Of a DNA stretch of 64,000 bases, positions 1 through 10,456 are shown in pieces. The first letter of the stretch is position 1. Every line of letters begins with the position of its first letter. The stretch comes from Candidatus Bathyarchaeia archaeon (GTDB lineage Archaea > Thermoproteota > Bathyarchaeia > Bathyarchaeales > Bathycorpusculaceae): positions 1 through 64,000 of the forward strand of contig JBEKTQ010000007.1 of NCBI GenBank assembly GCA_049515895.1. The letters run 5' to 3'. A program made the translations under genes and the position numbers. A model generated the notes under the pieces. It had not been told where the DNA came from. It searched no databases and saw nothing but the letters and a program-made list of their open reading frames with translations.

Positions 1-92
1 AATTCATTCCGAACATTGCTTTAGGAGTAATAATACCTATTATTGCTAAAGTAATGACGTGGTATGGGCTTCAGCCAGTAAGGCATCAATAA
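1..92 (+). CDS. 3' end of a probable membrane protein (truncated by window edge)
   Basis: Open frame from nt 3, FIPNIALGVIIPIIAKVMTWYGLQPVRHQ*, hydrophobic, followed by a T-rich tract. Confidence 0.4.
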   Translation, partial: FIPNIALGVIIPIIAKVMTWYGLQPVRHQ

Positions 93-289
93 AATCCCTA
101 TTTCCCTTTCTTTTTTAATTTCTGAGGTTTTTAGAAACCGCCATGTTCCGAAGCCCTTTTGTGTTGCTTTCTGATCAAATGTATATCCCTATCGGGAGGG
201 TAAGGGCTTGTTTAGGGTTGTTTTTTGGGTTTGGGTTTTGAATCCAGTTTGCCAGCAACCGCTGGGCGGCGTGGTAAATCGGGGAAAAA

Positions 290-1591
290 TTAGGTTTGGT
301 TGGGGGCGAATTCCCAGGCGATGTTGCCTTTCCAGATTTCGCCTTGTTTTGTTATCCTGACTTCTTTGTCGTCGATTTCGATTAATCCTTTTTCTTTGAG
401 TTTTTGAAGCTGTTTCGGGAAGACTTTTTCAGGTGTAGTTCCGAATTTCTGCATGAACTCTGCTTTGCTGACTGGCAGCCGTAAGTACAGCCTTGTCATC
501 GTTCGCCTCATCATGTCTTCAGTTGTGGATTCTGAAAGTCTGCTTATAGGAAGTTTTCCCGCTTTTACTGTTGCCATATAGTCGTTTATGTTTTCAATGT
601 TAGAATAAGAAAACCGTTGGAGGTATCCCATGAAGCAACCCGCGCCAGTTGTCAATATGCCTCCCCATGGCCAACCGTTTAAGCAGTTTTCTCGCATGTG
701 CCATTCTACTCTACTGAATCTGTCGTGCCCTACTGCTTTGTAGCCAGCAGCGGTTAGCATGTTGTAGGCAGTCAGGTACATTTGCTTCTCGTACTCTGCA
801 TCTCCCGTAGGTGGCGAAATGCCTGTTTTAATCATTTTTTCAAGCACAGTACCAGGGTCTACATGCAATGAATAGGTATCAATTTCCACGTCGAGTTCAA
901 CCGTCTTCTTCAGCGTATCTATCCAGCTTTCCATGGTTTGACCTGGAAGATTGTACATTAAATCTACACACACGCACAAGCCCAGTTTACGCGCGTGTCG
1001 AATTGCTTTTTCAACATCCGCTGCAGTATCAGGCAAGCAAAGCATCATACGTAATTTGTTATCGAATGTCTGCGCCCCCATATCCATTTGGTACACGCCG
1101 TATTTGGCGAGTTTATCAATTTTCGGAAGCGCAAGGGTCTTCGAGGACCCTGTTACCTTGATGAAGTATTCCTTGTTGATGTTGAAGTTTGCCTTGCAAA
1201 AATCGATGAGGTCAATCATCTGTTCAGCTGCTAAAACGCTGGGTGTTCCGCCGCCCAGAACTATTTCGTCAAAAACGCTGGTTTTCACGTACTCGGTTTT
1301 GGCGTACATTTCGAGTTCTTTCTTGAGCAGTTCAAGGTATGGCTCTATCTTCACTTTGCTTGTTGCGGTGGTGGGGAAATAGCAGAATGCGCATCTTGAG
1401 TCGCAAACAGAGATCCACGGCTGCAATTCCATCAACCTGCCAGATTTATTTTCGGTGTCCAGAAACTCCATGAACGCGTGATACGTTTCGGGTCTAATGT
1501 CTGGGTAATCCCTGTAGGTGTAGGGAGGCCAGTTTTCCCTTGAATCGTAAACTTCCGACTTGCTTGTTTTGAGAGCGGAGGCTTTGGTCAT
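290..1591 (-). CDS. HemN/HemW-like (class C type) radical SAM protein
   Basis: CDSRCAFC motif, GGGTPS, DLMYNLPGQT, HemN-like C-terminal domain. Confidence 0.85.
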   Translation of the reverse strand: MTKASALKTSKSEVYDSRENWPPYTYRDYPDIRPETYHAFMEFLDTENKSGRLMELQPWISVCDSRCAFCYFPTTATSKVKIEPYLELLKKELEMYAKTEYVKTSVFDEIVLGGGTPSVLAAEQMIDLIDFCKANFNINKEYFIKVTGSSKTLALPKIDKLAKYGVYQMDMGAQTFDNKLRMMLCLPDTAADVEKAIRHARKLGLCVCVDLMYNLPGQTMESWIDTLKKTVELDVEIDTYSLHVDPGTVLEKMIKTGISPPTGDAEYEKQMYLTAYNMLTAAGYKAVGHDRFSRVEWHMRENCLNGWPWGGILTTGAGCFMGYLQRFSYSNIENINDYMATVKAGKLPISRLSESTTEDMMRRTMTRLYLRLPVSKAEFMQKFGTTPEKVFPKQLQKLKEKGLIEIDDKEVRITKQGEIWKGNIAWEFAPNQT

Positions 1592-1720
1592 CCAAATAAT
1601 CCTCGATTGTAACTTTAAGACGGCTCGATAACATAATAAAGATTACGTTAGAAGCGCCTATACGCCTTCGTGATCCATAAAAGCACCTTCAAATTGGCTA
1701 AAGCTGTTGGTAGCTTGAAT

Positions 1721-3118
1721 TTAGCTTTTGGCTCTCATGAGTATGTAGTTCGCCGCGGTACGAGCCATTATCTTGCTGTAGACGCTGCCTCGCAGGTATC
1801 CTTTCACTGCTTGACGCATAAAGTACTTTACTGAATAGAATTGGTTGTAAAAGTCTTGTCTTGCCTTGGTTACTTCTTCCGCTGGAAGATTGGGGTCTTC
1901 AAAAATGGGGTTCATTGTGTTGTATCGATTCCAGTCGTCCGTCATCTTCCAGCCTTGTTTCTGCACCAAAGCACGCAGTTCCGTTCCCGGATAGGGTGTC
2001 GGGATGTTTAGCCATACGCTGTCGGGCTCCACTTTTCGGACAAAATCCAAGCTTTCCTGCAGCGTCTCCTTTGTTTCGCCGGGATAACCCAAGATTATGG
2101 ATACGGTAACGAATATGCCTGCTTCCTTCGCCCATTTGATGGCGTTTTCGCACTGCTCGGTTGTAACCTTCTTCTTCAAGGAGTCTCGGATTCTTTGGCA
2201 TCCAGACTCAACGCCGAAGCAAATTTCCTCGCAGCCAGCCTTATGCATCTTAGCTAAAAGCTCCTTGGTCGTCACATCCGCTCTGGTTCCACAGCCCCAC
2301 TTAATATTAATTTTTCTAGCAATCATTCCATCGCAGATGTCAATGGCTCTTTTCTTGTCGAAAGTTAACGTGTCATCTTGGAACTGTATTCCTTCCGCTC
2401 CGTACTCGTTTTTGAGCCATTCAATCTCGTCAAGCACATTGTTTGGGCTTCTTGCTCGGAATGTTCGACCGAACATTTCAGAGGCAACGCAGAAGGAACA
2501 TTGGAACGGGCATCCCCTGCTTGAAATTACTGGTAGGATCCTTTTTCCGTTGATCCTGTATTTTTCAATTGGAATCTGCTTGTATGCTGGGCGGGGCAGA
2601 GCATCTAGGTTTTGGATGAAGGGTCGGGTTGGTGTCTGGACAATATGGTTGTCTTTTCGGAAAGTTATGCCTTTAATCTCGCTGATGTTTTGTAGCTCAG
2701 GTTGCTTTGCGAGTTCCAAAAGTGTTTCTTCTCCTTCGCCCCTTACAATAATGTCGACTGCTTTTTCTTGGGAGAGGATTTCCGTGTCTTGAAAAGTCGC
2801 GTGTGGTCCGCCCATGACGATTTTGGCGTCGGGACAGGCTTCCTTCGCGGCGTAGGCAGTCTTAAGGGCTGACTCAAACGTCTGCGTCATGGTGCCCACT
2901 CCCACTATGGTCGGCTGGAAAACGCTTAAGTCTGCCTTTAGCTTCTCGTGGTCTATCCCATAAATGGGGCAATCGAAAACTTTGATTTCAAAACTGTTTT
3001 GTTCGAGCACAGCCGCCATGTAGGCTAAGCCAAGCGGTGGGAAAAGCGGGTGGTCGCCGGCTCCTTCAAGGAGCGGTGTGTTAACGAGGGCTATTTTTGT
3101 TTTAGTTGTCTTCATCAC
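1721..3118 (-). CDS. B12-binding radical SAM protein (class B methyltransferase-like), copy 1
   Basis: PPLGLAY, GGPHAT, VRGEGE, SRGCPFQCSFC, FGVESG, TPYPGT. Confidence 0.9.
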   Translation of the reverse strand: MMKTTKTKIALVNTPLLEGAGDHPLFPPLGLAYMAAVLEQNSFEIKVFDCPIYGIDHEKLKADLSVFQPTIVGVGTMTQTFESALKTAYAAKEACPDAKIVMGGPHATFQDTEILSQEKAVDIIVRGEGEETLLELAKQPELQNISEIKGITFRKDNHIVQTPTRPFIQNLDALPRPAYKQIPIEKYRINGKRILPVISSRGCPFQCSFCVASEMFGRTFRARSPNNVLDEIEWLKNEYGAEGIQFQDDTLTFDKKRAIDICDGMIARKINIKWGCGTRADVTTKELLAKMHKAGCEEICFGVESGCQRIRDSLKKKVTTEQCENAIKWAKEAGIFVTVSIILGYPGETKETLQESLDFVRKVEPDSVWLNIPTPYPGTELRALVQKQGWKMTDDWNRYNTMNPIFEDPNLPAEEVTKARQDFYNQFYSVKYFMRQAVKGYLRGSVYSKIMARTAANYILMRAKS

Positions 3119-3270
3119 AATACACGTTTGGCGTAAATAGAATGATTTTCATTCTTACTTGGATATGGTTCTTAAGCATAATATTTTCAAGATTTTAACC
3201 TTTTGCTAAAGGGTCGCGTTGTATTCAAGCGGTAGGATGAGCACTCTTTACCGTTACGTTTTTATACGGT

Positions 3271-4041
3271 GTGGGCGACGCTTCTTCGGGGAAGATTTTG
3301 AGAGTTGCCTCAATGTGGACTGGAGGTAAAGACAGTTACCTTGCATGTCAAGGGGCTATCTCAGAAGGAAATGATGTTACTTCACTCATAAACTTCGTTT
3401 TCAAGGAACCTCAAAAGCCCAAACCAAAAAGGATCAAAAGTCTCGCTAGTTCTGTCCTTATGAAACTGTCACGAATGAAGCCCTACAAGGATGTCCCACA
3501 TGAGGTCAATCCTGAAATCATCGCGATGCAAGCAAAGGCAATGGATTTGCCAATTGTCCAGCCCGGAATCTCCATGACAGATTTCGTCGACAAGTTCAAA
3601 GCCACCATCAGCAACCTGAATCCTCCCGTCGAAGGAATTGCCTGGGGCGCTGAAGAAGATCAGGCAGCCGTCCATATGTCAATGCTTACCCCGATCTGCG
3701 AAGAGCTTAAGGTCAAAATGATTTTCCCGCTAAAGGGAAAAGGCGAAGACCAAAACCTCGCAGACTTCACACAAAAAGGCTACGAAGCAACCATCATCGT
3801 TGTCGACACCGACTTCTTAGGCGAAGAATGGCTGGGTCGCAAAGTCGACGCAGACTTCTTGCAGGCTATCCGCAGCAAAAGCAAAGAAACAGGCACCGCC
3901 ATAAGCAACATCGAGTTCCACACGCTTGTGAATAATGCACCGCTGTTTAAGAAACGGCTGAAAATCGTTCAAAGCAGCAAAGTGAAAAGAAAAGGATTCG
4001 CGGTTCTCAACATAAAAAAGGCGGAACTAGTCGAAAAATAG
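3271..4041 (+). CDS. DUF71/diphthine-ammonia-ligase-like PP-loop ATPase, divergent paralog
   Basis: WTGGKDS PP-loop, EWLGR, EFHTLV..APLFKK; start may be TTG at 3298. Confidence 0.8.
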   Translation: MGDASSGKILRVASMWTGGKDSYLACQGAISEGNDVTSLINFVFKEPQKPKPKRIKSLASSVLMKLSRMKPYKDVPHEVNPEIIAMQAKAMDLPIVQPGISMTDFVDKFKATISNLNPPVEGIAWGAEEDQAAVHMSMLTPICEELKVKMIFPLKGKGEDQNLADFTQKGYEATIIVVDTDFLGEEWLGRKVDADFLQAIRSKSKETGTAISNIEFHTLVNNAPLFKKRLKIVQSSKVKRKGFAVLNIKKAELVEK

Positions 4042-4101
4042 TTTTAAAAGTGATTCAGGGCATTCATCAGCTAAAACACGACTATCGATGAGACCAAAAA
4101 C

Positions 4102-6336
4102 TCATTTCTTTTTTCGAAATCTGATTATAACCATCGCTGCCACACCCAAAATTGCAGCCAAAATCAGCGCAATGATAACTACGGGCGGCGGTTCTGACGT
4201 GGCATGCGCCGCGGTTGATGATGAGCCGAATGCGTAAAGCAAGTTGTTGTATGAGCCCACGTAAACAGCGTTGTCGGCTATGGCTGGTGAAGAAACAACT
4301 TTTTCTCCTGTGGCATAACTCCAAATTCTTGCGCCTGTTCCCGCGTCAAGCGCATAAAGGTTGCCGTCACATGAGCCCACGTAAACAATCCCGTTTGACA
4401 CGGCAGGTGAAGACGCAACTTCGCCGCCAGTCGCGTAACTCCAAACGATTTTGCCGCTGGATGCATCCAGAGCATAAACCCGGCCATCCCCTGAGCCTTC
4501 GTAAACCTTGCCGTTTGCAAATGCAGGCGACGACGTTAACCCAGCGCCTGTGGCAAATTTCCAAGTAAGCTTTCCAGTCAAAGCATTTAAGGCGTAGATG
4601 TTGTGGTCGTATGAACCTACGTAAACCATTCCGTTAGATACTGTTGGAGAGGAAACCACGTATCCGCCCGTTGTGTAATTCCAGAGTGGTGTTCCGTCGG
4701 ATGCGTTTAGACAGTAAATACTGTTGTCGTTTGAGCCGACATAGACTCTGCCCTTGTAGATTGCGGGAGACGACAAGGTTATCTGACCGCCGGTAGCGAA
4801 TTGCCATTTGAAGGAGCCGTCGGCGGCGTTTAAAGCGTAGATTTTGTTGTCTTCCGAACCCACGTACACCACACCGTTAGCCACTGAGGGGGAAGAAACC
4901 ACGGGTGCGCTAGTTTTGTAGCTCCACCCCAAGGCGCCAGTCGCCGCGTTCAAGGCGTAAACGTAGTCATCGTAGGAGCCAACGTAAACCACACTGTCCG
5001 CCACTGCAGGCGAAGAAAACATGATCATGTCACCCGTCTTATAGCTCCAGACGACGTTGTTATGCATCTCCACGTTATAGCCAATCATCCCCGTTGAAGC
5101 ATTCAGCGCGTATACAGTTCCATCATGGGAACCCATATAGACCAAGCCACCCGCCACGGCTGGGGACGAGTCTATTTCGCCGCCAGTTGCAAAACTCCAA
5201 ATACGGCTGCCGCCAGAAGTGCTTAAAGCGTAGAGTTTGCCATCCCATGAACCAACGTAAACCATGCCTTGCGTAGCGGCTGGTCGAGAAATTACCATGT
5301 CTCCAGTCGTGTAGTTCCACCTCAATGCTCCTGTTGAAGCGCTCAACGCGTAGACCTTACTGTCTTCGGAACCGACGTAAACTGTGCCACCAGCCACTAA
5401 GGGGGAAGAAGCCACGGCAGCGCTCGTTGCGAATTCCCAAACAACTTTCCCGCTTGCAGCGTTTAGGGCGTAAACTTTGCCGTCTGTTGACCCAACGTAG
5501 GCTAGACCGTCGCTGACATATGGCGAAGAATAGATGGATCCTCCTGTCGAGTAGTTCCAAACTGATTTGCCACTGTTGGCGTCCAGCGCGTAGAGGTCGC
5601 CGTCGTCTGAACCCGCATACACGATGCCATCGTTTAGGGCTGGCGAAGAAACCACTTGATTACCTGTCTTGAAACTCCATATGAAGGCGCCGCTGGTGGC
5701 GTTAATCGCGTAGATTTTGTCGTCTTCTGAACCGATGTAGACTTTTCCGTTGCCTACCGTTGGCGAGGACATCATGATCTTGTAACCAGTTGAAAAGTTC
5801 CAAATGTAAGCGCCCGTCGCCGCATTCAAAGCGTAGACGTTGTGATCTTCCGAGCCAAAATACACGACGCCGTTGACGACGGCGGGGTCACAGTCAACAT
5901 AGTACCCTGTTGAATAATTCCACAGTTTTTCGCCGTTTGCTGCGTTGAAAGCGTAAAGGTTGTGATCTTCTGAACCCACGTAGACGACGCCGTTCACCAC
6001 TGCTGGACGGGAAATCACGATCCCGCCAGTAAGCGAACTCCACAAGATTGCGCCGTCTGAAGCATTGAAAGCGTAGATTTCATGATCAAACGAGCCGGCG
6101 TAAACGACGCCGCCGACAACGGTGGGTGAATCAACTTGACCGCCCGTGTTAAACTTCCACAAGGTCGCATTCGTCATCGGCGCCACCGAGCTGGAGTAGC
6201 CTGAATGAGTGATGTCGCCGTGAAACATAGGCCACGCACTAAGGCTCACCTGTCCCGCGGGGCAAAAGCTTACTAAAATGACTGAAGCCAAAAACAGCAC
6301 TGTCAGAACAATTGAAATTGCGGCGGCTGCTTTCAT
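4102..6336 (-). CDS. Secreted, C-terminally anchored PQQ-like (BamB-type) beta-propeller repeat protein
   Basis: Signal peptide, WPMFHGD, about 16 repeats of ~40 aa SSPAV.GVVYVGS.D..YALNA.TG..W, C-terminal TM plus RKKK. Confidence 0.9.
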   Translation of the reverse strand: MKAAAAISIVLTVLFLASVILVSFCPAGQVSLSAWPMFHGDITHSGYSSSVAPMTNATLWKFNTGGQVDSPTVVGGVVYAGSFDHEIYAFNASDGAILWSSLTGGIVISRPAVVNGVVYVGSEDHNLYAFNAANGEKLWNYSTGYYVDCDPAVVNGVVYFGSEDHNVYALNAATGAYIWNFSTGYKIMMSSPTVGNGKVYIGSEDDKIYAINATSGAFIWSFKTGNQVVSSPALNDGIVYAGSDDGDLYALDANSGKSVWNYSTGGSIYSSPYVSDGLAYVGSTDGKVYALNAASGKVVWEFATSAAVASSPLVAGGTVYVGSEDSKVYALSASTGALRWNYTTGDMVISRPAATQGMVYVGSWDGKLYALSTSGGSRIWSFATGGEIDSSPAVAGGLVYMGSHDGTVYALNASTGMIGYNVEMHNNVVWSYKTGDMIMFSSPAVADSVVYVGSYDDYVYALNAATGALGWSYKTSAPVVSSPSVANGVVYVGSEDNKIYALNAADGSFKWQFATGGQITLSSPAIYKGRVYVGSNDNSIYCLNASDGTPLWNYTTGGYVVSSPTVSNGMVYVGSYDHNIYALNALTGKLTWKFATGAGLTSSPAFANGKVYEGSGDGRVYALDASSGKIVWSYATGGEVASSPAVSNGIVYVGSCDGNLYALDAGTGARIWSYATGEKVVSSPAIADNAVYVGSYNNLLYAFGSSSTAAHATSEPPPVVIIALILAAILGVAAMVIIRFRKKK

Positions 6337-6407
6337 TTTTACTCTTATTAATCTTCGGTTCTTAACGACTTAAAGGCATTTTCTTTTGAATTCCAAAAAA
6401 ACTGAGT

Positions 6408-7505
6408 CTATTTTTTGCGCAGGCTTTCAGGTATGTATACGCACGCTGGGTCCGCTTCGTAGATGTCGCCTGTGTAGGCGTATGCCCGGTTTCGGCAGCC
6501 TCCGCAGATTTCTCGGTACTCGCAGATTCCGCATTTGCCCTTAATCAGGTTTCTGTTTTGGAAGCTTTGGTAATACTTTGACTCTTGGACTTCCTTCCAC
6601 GCTGTGGTAAGGCTTTTCTGCCTAACGTTACCCAGCATCATAGGTTCTGAAGGCTGAAGGTCCGTGTAGAAGCACGGGATTAAGTCGCCGTTTTCTGTCA
6701 CGCTTAAGTAGCCGCCGAAAGCGAAGTAGGTGCATTTTCCATGGAATTTGCGTTCGTACCACTCGTCGAAGTTCGGGATGTTCCGCTGTTTGACTACCCG
6801 TGCAAAATGGGGGCAGTGAACATGGATTTCGAATTTGCCCTCGTACTTTTCCGTTAAATCCCAAATGTGATTAAGAGTCCACTCATATTCCTCGGGTGTG
6901 GGAGTTAACTCCATTGTTGATTTCGCTCTTCCACTTGGAACCAGATGGTTATACCAGACAAAGTTGGCGTGGTATTTGTCAGCTAACTCTGCGACGTGGT
7001 CTAGGTGTTTAAAGTTGATTGTGGTGATTGCGCAGGCTAACCCGTTGAGGATTTTGCCGGCTGACAGCTTCTCAATGGCTGCCAATGCCTTTTTGTATGA
7101 GCCTTTGCCGCGAAGTTGATCGTTGATTTCTTCAGGTCCATCTATGCTTACGGATGTCCAAACTTGGTTTTTGACTAGGTTGTCGTAGATTTTTCCGTCC
7201 ACGAAACATCCGTTGGTTAGCAGGCAAACGTTGAGTCCGAGGCTTTTTGCGTAGGTGACAATTTCAAAGATGTCTTCTCGCATAAGGGGTTCGCCGCCTT
7301 TCAAGCCGAACCATCGCACACCGAACTTGTGTACTTCGTCAACCAGATGTAGCGCCTCTTTCGTAGTCATTTCTCTTGGTGCACGTTTGCCACTAGCGTC
7401 AACGTTGCAGTATCTGCAGCGGGCATTGCAGGCGCCTGTTGCCCTCCAAGAAGTCATAAGTAAAGGACCCTTACTCGTCAACCCAAAACCCACTCTCTTC
7501 GCCAA
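6408..7505 (-). CDS. Radical SAM/SPASM domain protein (NirJ/AhbC/PqqE-like)
   Basis: CNARCRYC, GGEPL, SPASM cysteines KC...PC...KCGICEYREICGGCR...DPAC. Confidence 0.88.
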   Translation of the reverse strand: MAKRVGFGLTSKGPLLMTSWRATGACNARCRYCNVDASGKRAPREMTTKEALHLVDEVHKFGVRWFGLKGGEPLMREDIFEIVTYAKSLGLNVCLLTNGCFVDGKIYDNLVKNQVWTSVSIDGPEEINDQLRGKGSYKKALAAIEKLSAGKILNGLACAITTINFKHLDHVAELADKYHANFVWYNHLVPSGRAKSTMELTPTPEEYEWTLNHIWDLTEKYEGKFEIHVHCPHFARVVKQRNIPNFDEWYERKFHGKCTYFAFGGYLSVTENGDLIPCFYTDLQPSEPMMLGNVRQKSLTTAWKEVQESKYYQSFQNRNLIKGKCGICEYREICGGCRNRAYAYTGDIYEADPACVYIPESLRKK

Positions 7506-7704
7506 TTCATTATTTAGGTAAACGTTTCTTTTCAGCCTAAAAAAGATTGTGCGGTGACTCTCTTGTTTTCATTTTTCGCCGAAGTAGCATTTTCCTCCTT
7601 TTCTTACCTGGCAAATTGAATTTAGAATGTTTCCGTAAGGTTTATAGTGAAACCAACAATCAATAAATGACCGGTGGCAAGGCGTTAACCTCTTAACCAG
7701 AGAT

Positions 7705-10374
7705 GTGCGAATGATTACAAGCAGAGGGGACTATCAATTCTCAAAAAGAATCTTAGTAATTGCTATTCTCGCCGTGCTTCTCGTTTCTTCAGTTTTCGCT
7801 TCAATTTTAACCTTTCAAATGGATGCAAGGGCTCAGGCGAGCAATAGCACAACTTCAAACCTGAATCAATACGATTGGCCTCAATTCCAAGGAGATGAAT
7901 CGTTTACCCGATTCTCACCGGGACCAGCTCCCAGCACATCAAACATACTTTGGAAAGCCAACATACCTGGAATACAACCCGATCTTACAGCTTTCGACGG
8001 GTTAATCTTCGTTGGGACAAACAATTCCCTCGTTGCAGTAAACCAAGCTGGGCAGATTGTTTGGAGCACCATAATTCCGTTAAATAAGACTTGGCCAATT
8101 GCCTACGAAATCGATTCTTCCCATTTGGTCGTAGAAGGCAGCTGTCTTGACCCATTGACAGGTAAAATCCTGTGGACTAGCACGTCGTTTTGCGCCGATA
8201 CAGGAATCTTCACCTCTAACGTATACAGCCCGGAACAAAAAATGTTCTATATAAAGGACAACTCCTACATCATCGCTTGGAACTTTGCTGACCCCTCGAA
8301 ACCGCCGACCGCAGCTTGGACAACTTACATTCCAGGCGCAGGCCAAGCTGGCATCGGAACAACGTATGGGGACGGCATTGTCTTCGCAGGCTCTTTTGAA
8401 AACCAGCAACTGGCGCTTAACGCAACCACTGGAGCTATAATATGGGATACGCTTACAAAGGGACCTATGATCTTTGACGGCGCTTACTCTGACGGTCTCT
8501 TTTTTAGAGGCGGAACAGATGACAACACGATGTACTGTTTCAACTCTGCTGATGGGAAAATAGTGTGGGCGTACACGCCGCCCTCAGACCCAAACGGCTA
8601 CTTCACAACAGGACCCGCAGTAGCTTACGGAACTGTTTACGAAATGAACAAGGATGGATACCTCTACGCCTTGAACGAAAAAACTGGTGCTTTGCTGTGG
8701 AAGTACGAAAGTCCAGATAACGATTTTATGTGGCCAGGAATGCCTACGGTGGCCGATGGCAAAATCTACGTAACGACAGGCCAATATGCAGCCTATAACG
8801 GTCCAGCACAGATCTCACAATTTGCATGTTTAAATGCTTACAACGGGGACACTATTTGGACGCTTCCAATTGAAGCCTTGGCTCCAAGAGAATCCGCTAT
8901 CGTTGCGTACGGAAACTTGTATATAATTCCCGGCAACGTGACGTCTGCAGTTGACACAACATCAGGAACGGAATACTCTACTAATAACCAACTTTGGGCG
9001 ATAGGGTCCAACTCTGCACCCACCCTAACGCCCTCAAGCACTCCAACTCCTACCCCAGCTGCAACGGCCATACCGACACCTGCGCTTACGCCAATTGAAT
9101 CTTCAATTGTCAGCAATTGGACCATGTTTCGTTCTGATCCAACCCATTCGTCAACAGCTGCAGAAGGTCCCTCAAACCTCACCGAGGCTTGGAAATTCAC
9201 AACCGACGGCTCAGTTATTTCCTCGCCTACGGTCGTCAGCGGGCTCGTTTATGTCGGTTCCCAGGACAAAAACGTTTATGCCCTCGATGCATTGAGCGGA
9301 AAGCTAGTCTGGAAGTTTGCTACTGGCGGCGCGATTGAAGATTCAGCTGCTGTTGCAAACAGCAGGCTCTACATTGAAAGTGACGACGGCTACGTGTATT
9401 GCCTCAACGCTCAAACTGGCGCTTTCAACTGGCAGACCTTTGTCGGCAGCAACCTGCATTACACATACGCGAACTTGATGCTTACGTCTTCACCCGTGGT
9501 TTCAGGCGGCATGGTTTACATCGGCTCTTTGGACGACTACCTGTATGCCCTGAACGCAAGCACTGGTGCTGTGGTTTGGGAGACTCCGGCGGGTGGGCCA
9601 ATCGAGTGTTCTCCAGCGTACTCTGACAGCGCCATCTACTTTACTTCCCAGCAGCCATCGACTGGTATGCTCTTTAAGCTAAACGCAGACACCGGGCAGG
9701 TGATGTGGAACTTCACGATTCCCTACAATCATTCATTTCTAGGCGGCACAGAGATGCTTGGTTCCCCGTCGGTGGCGGCCGGCATAGTGTTTGCATCCTC
9801 CGACTGGGGCGCTTATTACGCCGTAAACACTGCGACAGGCCAACTTGTATGGGATTTTATTAATCCAGCGGCTACCGAATTCATAGTTTCCTCGCCGATT
9901 TACGTAGAAGGCAATCTCTATATCATCAACATATTCAACATAGTTTGCCTCAATGCAGCTAACGGCCATGAGCTCTGGAGCGCCTTCACCGGAGATGAGT
10001 TGTATGTTTCGCCTTCTTACGCTGACGGCAAAATCTATGTTGCAACTAGTGAACGCCACATCTTCGTCCTTGACACGGCAGCTAGCGGGACGAAAATCGC
10101 TACAGGTACCACTCCCTCCAGCAGTTGGTCTTCTCCAACCATAGCTAACGGCATGCTATACATTGGATGTAACGACTGGAACGTTTACTGCTTCTCCGAA
10201 GGGGTCAGTACCCAAGCTTCACCTCGTGCTACATCAGACAACGTTGCCATGGGACATTACTTGATCATAGTAGTTGCTGTGGTTGCTACCGTTGCCGTTG
10301 TTGCACTCTTTGCTGCCAGCTTTGCTAGCAAAAAGAAAACCGAAAAACCGATAACTGCCGCTGCAGCGCCTTAG
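7705..10374 (+). CDS. Secreted two-domain PQQ-like beta-propeller protein with Pro/Thr linker and C-terminal TM anchor
   Basis: Signal peptide, DWPQFQGD and WTMFRSD domain starts, propeller repeats, PTPTP linker, TM plus KKK. Confidence 0.85.
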   Translation: MRMITSRGDYQFSKRILVIAILAVLLVSSVFASILTFQMDARAQASNSTTSNLNQYDWPQFQGDESFTRFSPGPAPSTSNILWKANIPGIQPDLTAFDGLIFVGTNNSLVAVNQAGQIVWSTIIPLNKTWPIAYEIDSSHLVVEGSCLDPLTGKILWTSTSFCADTGIFTSNVYSPEQKMFYIKDNSYIIAWNFADPSKPPTAAWTTYIPGAGQAGIGTTYGDGIVFAGSFENQQLALNATTGAIIWDTLTKGPMIFDGAYSDGLFFRGGTDDNTMYCFNSADGKIVWAYTPPSDPNGYFTTGPAVAYGTVYEMNKDGYLYALNEKTGALLWKYESPDNDFMWPGMPTVADGKIYVTTGQYAAYNGPAQISQFACLNAYNGDTIWTLPIEALAPRESAIVAYGNLYIIPGNVTSAVDTTSGTEYSTNNQLWAIGSNSAPTLTPSSTPTPTPAATAIPTPALTPIESSIVSNWTMFRSDPTHSSTAAEGPSNLTEAWKFTTDGSVISSPTVVSGLVYVGSQDKNVYALDALSGKLVWKFATGGAIEDSAAVANSRLYIESDDGYVYCLNAQTGAFNWQTFVGSNLHYTYANLMLTSSPVVSGGMVYIGSLDDYLYALNASTGAVVWETPAGGPIECSPAYSDSAIYFTSQQPSTGMLFKLNADTGQVMWNFTIPYNHSFLGGTEMLGSPSVAAGIVFASSDWGAYYAVNTATGQLVWDFINPAATEFIVSSPIYVEGNLYIINIFNIVCLNAANGHELWSAFTGDELYVSPSYADGKIYVATSERHIFVLDTAASGTKIATGTTPSSSWSSPTIANGMLYIGCNDWNVYCFSEGVSTQASPRATSDNVAMGHYLIIVVAVVATVAVVALFAASFASKKKTEKPITAAAAP

Positions 10375-10456
10375 ATAGTGTCAATATTTGGTTTTTCGAT
10401 AAACCTTGGGATCCCGAGTCTAACCCACTGTCTTTGTTCCTCTCACAGGTCGTTTG

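Noticed and set aside
4102-10374. PQQ biosynthesis or PQQ-dependent dehydrogenases
   Set aside because: No pqqA-D genes; the repeats are generic BamB-like blades with no visible dehydrogenase active-site features
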